Shown here: positions 58,930 through 64,000 of the stretch, piece after piece
How the letters are laid out: every line of letters begins with the position of its first letter
Numbering within the stretch: the stretch's first letter is position 1
From: a virus
Strand: one strand, 5' to 3'
DNA: 64,000 bases
IMG/VR virus record: IMGVR_UViG_3300025009_000051
Location: 1 to 64,000 of that record
Made by a program: the position numbers and the translations under genes
The notes under the pieces: generated by a model
The model's database searches: none
What the model was told of the DNA's origin: nothing
The model's input: the letters and a program-made list of their open reading frames with translations, nothing else

Positions 58930-59337
58930 TTATGTGAACAATTCCGAAATATCTATTTTTTCTACAATGGATTCTTTTTTAAATACCACTTGAAATTTAG
59001 ATGTGTGATAATCTGTACAAGTAATTGCATAAACTCTAAAGCCAAATTTATCAATTAATTCTTTGATTTCTTCTAAAGTCAATGCTTCTTTTATTTGATC
59101 CATAGAAAGAAAAGCAAAATGATAAAATTGTATTGCAAAATTATTTATTTTTGAGTTTAATTCGGTGTCTTGTGAATGACTTGGAAATTTTGTTGCATCA
59201 TTGTGCCTATCACTTATTGCTTCATATCTAGAATGATTTAAAAGTTTTAATCCATTATAAAATCCATTAGTAGAACTTCTCCAAAATCCATCTCCTGTTT
59301 CAGGATCTTCTATTCTATAAATTGTTCTTTTTTCCAT
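58930..59337 (-). CDS. Hypothetical protein (possible ART-like fold)
   Basis: IYRIED..G.G...FAFLSMDQI pattern; fold assignment weak. Confidence 0.5.
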   Translation of the reverse strand: MEKRTIYRIEDPETGDGFWRSSTNGFYNGLKLLNHSRYEAISDRHNDATKFPSHSQDTELNSKINNFAIQFYHFAFLSMDQIKEALTLEEIKELIDKFGFRVYAITCTDYHTSKFQVVFKKESIVEKIDISELFT

Positions 59338-59378
59338 AATTTTTTATTTTGCTTAATAAAAATTATATATCTATTATC

Positions 59379-59588
59379 TTATCGTAAATATTGTGGAGTT
59401 GTTAAAGAAATACCTAATAAGAATTTTCGTGCTTTATCTACATCTTCTATATTATTTATAAAGATGTTTTTACCATATTTTGAACTGACCTCAGTATAAG
59501 ATATATTCATTTTTTCTAATCCTTTCCTTAGAACATCATTATATTTTGCTCTTTGTTTTGTTAATTGAATGTAGGTTAAATGTGTCAT
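59379..59588 (-). CDS. Hypothetical early protein (MTHLTYIQL...)
   Basis: Start reassigned to follow the early promoter at 59633-59664. Confidence 0.6.
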   Translation of the reverse strand: MTHLTYIQLTKQRAKYNDVLRKGLEKMNISYTEVSSKYGKNIFINNIEDVDKARKFLLGISLTTPQYLR

Positions 59589-59632
59589 AATTATTAATTT
59601 TAATTGTTTACCCTTATAATTATTTATATAAA

Positions 59633-59664
59633 CAAATATACAACGAATAAATGAAACAAACAAA
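59633..59664 (-). promoter_or_regulatory. Early promoter TTTG-N20-TATATTTG
   Basis: Reverse-strand copy of the cassette at 7642, 10830 and 17835. Confidence 0.8.
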
Positions 59665-59723
59665 TAATTTTTAATTAATTTTTAAAAAAATTCTATATTT
59701 ATTTGTATAAGAAGTTAAGAGTT

Positions 59724-61385
59724 ATGGCTAAAAAATCAGAAGTAATATTAGATAAAAAAACATTCATAAAATTAAAGAGGAAAGAAGAGTTTGCAAAGTG
59801 CAAAAAAGATCCAATTTATTTTATGAAAAAATATTGTAAAATTGCTCACCCTCAAAGAGGAATCATTCCGTTTGAATTATATCCATTTCAAGAAAATGTA
59901 GTACAACAATTAGAAGAACATAGATTAAATATTATATTAAAAAGTAGACAATTAGGTATTTCTACTCTTACTGCTGGATATGCATTGTGGAAATGTTTAT
60001 TTGTTTCTGGATTTAATGTAATTGTAATTGCTACTAAATCTAAAGTTGCTTCTGCATTAGTTAAGAAAGTACGAGTTATGTATAATGGTTTGCCTGATTG
60101 GATGAAAGATTCAAAATTGGGAACTAATAGAACATATGATAATGTTCAATCTCAAGAATTCGGAAATGAATCAAAAATAACTGCAGAAACTTGTTCAGAA
60201 GATGCTGGGCGATCGGGCGCCGCTTCCCTTCTTCTGATAGATGAGGCGGCCTTCATTAAAGAAAGATTAATCAATGATTTATGGTCCGCTGCTTGGCCCA
60301 CTTTGTCAACAGGAGGTAGCGCAGTAATTTTATCTACTCCAAATGGCGAAGGAGGATTTTTTCATAAAAAATGGACAGAAGCAGAAGTAGGAGATAATGA
60401 TTTTAATCCAATAAAATTGCACTGGACAGTTCATCCAGAACGAGGACAAGATTGGAGAGATGCACAGACAAGACAATTGGGAGTAAAATTAGCAAATCAA
60501 GAATGTGAATGTGAATTCACGAGTTCTGGCGAAACTGTAATAGAAGGAGACATTGTCAAATGGTATGAAGAACATGAAAATATAATAGAGCCATTATTAA
60601 AGAAATTAAGAAAAAAGTTTTTCCAATATACCGAAATAGATCCAACTAAATCTTACATAATTCCTGCCGATGTAGCGAGAGGAGATGGAACAGATAGTTC
60701 AGCATTTCATATATTAGATGCAGAAACATTAGAACAATGCGCAGAATTTAAAGATCAATTACCCCCTACTGAATATGCTTTATTATTATATTCAATAGCT
60801 AAAGATTGGAATAATGCTTTATTAATTGTAGAAAATACAGGATTAGGATGGTCAGTAATAGAAAAATTAATTGAATTAGATTATGAAAATTTATACTATT
60901 CTATAAAAGGTAACCCACACCCAGATCCAAATATGTATTTAAGAAAAGGAATAGATTTATTAAATAATGATAGTATGGTTCCTGGATTTTCTAATACATC
61001 TAAATCAAGACCATTAATCATAGAAAAATTTATATCTATAATAGAAAGTAAAGAAGTAATAATTAGATCTAAAAGATTATTAAATGAAATAAAAGTATTT
61101 GTCTGGAAAAACGGTAAAGCTCAAGCAAGAAGTGGTTATAATGATGATTTAATTATGTCATATGCTATTGGAGTATTTGTTCAAGCCTATGCACTTAAAA
61201 TAAAGCAAGCGAGTATAGATTTAACTAAAGCAACTTTAAATAGTTTTGGTAAAGATGTGGTAGAACAGAAAGAACAAATTCCATTGATATTTTCTTCTGG
61301 TTATAATAGAGCAAATCCTTGGAAAATGAATAATGGTAGAGGAACTGAAGATATTACTTGGCTGTTGAATAAAAAATCCAATTAA
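59724..61385 (+). CDS. terL: Terminase large subunit (T4 gp17-like)
   Basis: LKSRQLGIST Walker A, LLIDEAAF Walker B, STPNG, ADVARGDGTD, NDDLIMS; TATATTTAT motif at 59694-59702. Confidence 0.93.
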   Translation: MAKKSEVILDKKTFIKLKRKEEFAKCKKDPIYFMKKYCKIAHPQRGIIPFELYPFQENVVQQLEEHRLNIILKSRQLGISTLTAGYALWKCLFVSGFNVIVIATKSKVASALVKKVRVMYNGLPDWMKDSKLGTNRTYDNVQSQEFGNESKITAETCSEDAGRSGAASLLLIDEAAFIKERLINDLWSAAWPTLSTGGSAVILSTPNGEGGFFHKKWTEAEVGDNDFNPIKLHWTVHPERGQDWRDAQTRQLGVKLANQECECEFTSSGETVIEGDIVKWYEEHENIIEPLLKKLRKKFFQYTEIDPTKSYIIPADVARGDGTDSSAFHILDAETLEQCAEFKDQLPPTEYALLLYSIAKDWNNALLIVENTGLGWSVIEKLIELDYENLYYSIKGNPHPDPNMYLRKGIDLLNNDSMVPGFSNTSKSRPLIIEKFISIIESKEVIIRSKRLLNEIKVFVWKNGKAQARSGYNDDLIMSYAIGVFVQAYALKIKQASIDLTKATLNSFGKDVVEQKEQIPLIFSSGYNRANPWKMNNGRGTEDITWLLNKKSN

Positions 61386-61428
61386 AATTAATTAACTGGA
61401 TTTTAAAAATTATTTCTTAATGTATTTT

Positions 61429-64000
61429 TTACAAAGATTTTTTAACTGTATCTATCTTATGAATAATTTCTTCTTCAGTCAATATATTCTTTTCGTTTAA
61501 TAAATTAGTATTCTTCATTCTTTTAATCATTTCTTTTCTATATTGTTTTTTTCTTTCTACCAATCTTTTATTTGATTTTTCTTTATTTTTATCAAACTGT
61601 TCAAAAGTAGCTTTAATTAATCTTTGTTTTTTAGTATCTAAATCTTCTGCAGTATCTGATTTCTTTAATTTAGATTCTGACCAAGTATCTTCATCAGTTT
61701 TAGTATTAGAAGTTTCTTTAGTAACAGCTGGATCATTACCTTCTTCAGCAATTTGATTATATCTAAACATTCTTTTCAAATCTTCTGGAATATCTTTTTC
61801 TTGCCATTTTTTATAATCGTCTTCTGTCATATTAAATAACTCGGTATAAATCCATTCCATTGGAACTAATCTTGCTTCTATAAAACTCTTAGCTAATTCT
61901 AATTTACTTGTCCATAATTCAACTCTTTCTTGTTCTGCTAATTTAGAAGAAGTAGTTAATTTTAGTTCAAATTGAGTTAATTGTTCATCTGTAAATCCTT
62001 GAGAATATAAGTGTATTAAAGCAAGTTTTGTTAATTCAGTTTCTACTACTCTTTGAACTCGTTCTATTGATCTACTAAATCTAACATCTTCACTCGCGAG
62101 ATTCGATTTCGCATTCATGGATTCTTCGAAAGTTAGGAACGATTTTGGAATCTTTAAACTTGCTAATAAATTATTCATCTCATATTGAATATCTTCTAAT
62201 CCTGTGAATTCCATTCCTGGTAATGTATCAAATTCAGTTCCGCTTTTATCTCCTCGAACGGGTAAAAAGAAATCCTCCAAGCTTGAATTTTTAACAAATA
62301 TACCGTTTCTCGATTCTCCTTCATGAGTAATAGTAGCAAAATTATGATATTCGGCTACCGTCATACAATATACATCTTCTTTTTTTGTTAATAATTCAAT
62401 TTTTTTAATTTTATGATTTATTTTTGATGTAGAAACCTTTTTCATGAATTCATCTACATTTATATATCCTCTTTCTCGAATTGCTCTTTTAATTGTATGC
62501 ATCATAAATTCTTTAGGTTTTTTTCTACCTGCGTTTAATTTCAAATAATATTCATATAATCCATTAATATTATTCATCTCATCACATATTTTTCTTATTG
62601 TCATATTTTCATTTTCTGAAACGATTATCTTAATAGTATTAAATAAATAATCATCAAATTTATCTTTCATTGCATTTGTTACTTTTTCTTTATAATTTTT
62701 ATCTTCCCATCTTCGTTTATTTTCTTGTTTCATAAAATTCCTTTTCTTTAATCTTTCTTCCTTAGACATAGGATTTAATTTTAAAGTTAATTTTATTTTA
62801 TTTTTTATTTCGTTTGCTTTTTCAATTCCAAATACTTCTTCGTAAGATTTTCCCTTTAATTTATTTTCGAATTTTGATTTTTTTCCTTTTTTACTATCGC
62901 TTAATTTTTTTATTGTTTCCTCAGTTCTTATATAGGGTATCATATTTTCTTTCATCCATTTTGAATGTTCCGGTCGTTTTTTATCTTGAAAAGTTGCAAC
63001 CCTACCATTTTTAAATTGTTCAGAAACAACACCAGATATTTTTTCTCCTAATTTTTTTAATCTGATATCTGTTTCTTTAGTCTTGCCTTTGCTCCAAATT
63101 TTTAATTCTCCTGAACTAAACATTTCTTTTAATGTTGCTTTTCTTTTCTCATTAATAATATTTAATTCTTCTTGAGATTTATTATTCCACATCGTATTAT
63201 TTCTATGATATCTAATATGTTCTGAAGATGTCATAGAACAATCTAAATTATCTGGAGAATTGTTTAATTTTTTAAAATCCTTATGATGAACTACATTTTT
63301 GTTTGCATTATACTCATTTAGATTTAAAGCAGATGCAACTAATCTATGAGTATATTCATATTTTTCTGTTTTTGGATTAAAAATTAATTCATAATCTGCA
63401 ATGTTTTTTTGAGTTGATAAAGTAGTATAAAACGGCATTATAGATTCTTCTTCTTTTAAATCTTTAGCCATTTTATAATCTCCATTTCTTAACATTACTG
63501 GATGTGATGGCTCAACATCTAAATAACTACTATCATCTAAAGTTATTCTTATTATATCTGCTTCTTTAATAGTTAATCCGCACCATTCAACTTTTCCGGG
63601 TACAATTTTATTATTATCATTTTTATCTATAGAATATACATAATTTATTTTTCCTTGTTCATATTCTTCTGATAATTCTTTTATTGTTATTTCTCTTCCA
63701 TCTAATAAAGGAATTATTGAATACCATGCAATTGGCATAAGGTTAAATCTCATATTGTATTCACCCGTTTCCGGATCCATATAAGGAACCTTTTTCATAT
63801 TATTTATTACTAAATTCATATGAGCGGCTACTTCATTAGGTGGAATATTTCCTACATCAACTTTAATTACTCTTCTTTCAGGTGCTCTCATTATTCTTGC
63901 TAATAACATTGCATCTTCTAATAAAGTAATTCTTTTCCAAGTTCTTCTACCATTTTCTAAAATACTCTTACCATAAGGAATAAGATTAAAATCAGATAAT
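61429..64000 (-). CDS. Portal protein (T4 gp20-like) with intein; 5' end beyond the window
   Basis: Frame stays open past 63909 (PYGKSILENGRRTWKRITLLEDAMLLARIMRAPERR); EDFFLPVRG, TLPG, LKIPKSFL. Confidence 0.92.
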   Translation of the reverse strand, partial: LSDFNLIPYGKSILENGRRTWKRITLLEDAMLLARIMRAPERRVIKVDVGNIPPNEVAAHMNLVINNMKKVPYMDPETGEYNMRFNLMPIAWYSIIPLLDGREITIKELSEEYEQGKINYVYSIDKNDNNKIVPGKVEWCGLTIKEADIIRITLDDSSYLDVEPSHPVMLRNGDYKMAKDLKEEESIMPFYTTLSTQKNIADYELIFNPKTEKYEYTHRLVASALNLNEYNANKNVVHHKDFKKLNNSPDNLDCSMTSSEHIRYHRNNTMWNNKSQEELNIINEKRKATLKEMFSSGELKIWSKGKTKETDIRLKKLGEKISGVVSEQFKNGRVATFQDKKRPEHSKWMKENMIPYIRTEETIKKLSDSKKGKKSKFENKLKGKSYEEVFGIEKANEIKNKIKLTLKLNPMSKEERLKKRNFMKQENKRRWEDKNYKEKVTNAMKDKFDDYLFNTIKIIVSENENMTIRKICDEMNNINGLYEYYLKLNAGRKKPKEFMMHTIKRAIRERGYINVDEFMKKVSTSKINHKIKKIELLTKKEDVYCMTVAEYHNFATITHEGESRNGIFVKNSSLEDFFLPVRGDKSGTEFDTLPGMEFTGLEDIQYEMNNLLASLKIPKSFLTFEESMNAKSNLASEDVRFSRSIERVQRVVETELTKLALIHLYSQGFTDEQLTQFELKLTTSSKLAEQERVELWTSKLELAKSFIEARLVPMEWIYTELFNMTEDDYKKWQEKDIPEDLKRMFRYNQIAEEGNDPAVTKETSNTKTDEDTWSESKLKKSDTAEDLDTKKQRLIKATFEQFDKNKEKSNKRLVERKKQYRKEMIKRMKNTNLLNEKNILTEEEIIHKIDTVKKSL
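62287..63735 (-). mobile_element. 483-aa intein in portal with HNH endonuclease and NUMOD-like region; Pro at position 1, Cys at F4
   Basis: FNLM/PIAWYSIIPLLDG...EPSHP...THRLV...VVHHKDFKKLNNSPDNL...DVYCMTV..YHNF...GIFVKN/SSLEDFF. Confidence 0.88.

Noticed and set aside
59724-61385. Intein or intron in terL (also checked dnaB and polA)
   Set aside because: Motifs are contiguous and lengths are normal; no Hint blocks or group I core sequences were seen.
1-64000. tRNA, rRNA or tmRNA genes
   Set aside because: No cloverleaf or T-loop (GTTCRA) signature in a suitable intergenic gap was found by eye; tRNAscan-SE or ARAGORN would be needed to exclude them fully.

Overview
Very AT-rich, gene-dense segment of a large T4-like (myovirus/jumbo-type) phage genome. 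A Bacteroidota host is indicated by six exact TTTG-N20-TATATTTG promoters, three signal peptides with Gln at +1, and a T9SS C-terminal domain. Virion genes: baseplate hub-, gp53- and gp25-like proteins, tube/baseplate protein, tape measure, gp15-like tail completion protein, large terminase and gp20-like portal. Replication and nucleotide genes: PolA, SSB, RecA, 5'-3' exonuclease, DnaB, class II RNR, dUTPase and a deaminase. These are interspersed with early accessory islands. The main result is a dense set of self-splicing elements. (i) nrdJ is fractured at its active-site NP/CGE motif by a split intein whose 25-aa C-fragment ends in Asp and is missed by the ORF track. A 253-nt group I intron lies two codons later, and two whole genes separate the halves. 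(ii) recA is fractured by an atypically split intein with a 16-aa N-fragment and carries a second related mini-intein 7 residues away. (iii) The portal has a Pro1/Cys-F4 (class 3-like) HNH intein. Other notable items: a phage-encoded T9SS cargo protein, a coiled-coil + vWA + divergent adenylosuccinate-synthetase operon that is neither canonical PurA nor PurZ, a GIY-YIG nuclease with about 11 tandem 32-aa repeats, an orphan TnpB, two paralogous Tpt1/ART-fold proteins, and a second PolA-fold (TV-Pol-like) enzyme. No tRNA, CRISPR array or reverse transcriptase was seen. Family assignments come from motif recognition by eye, not database searches.
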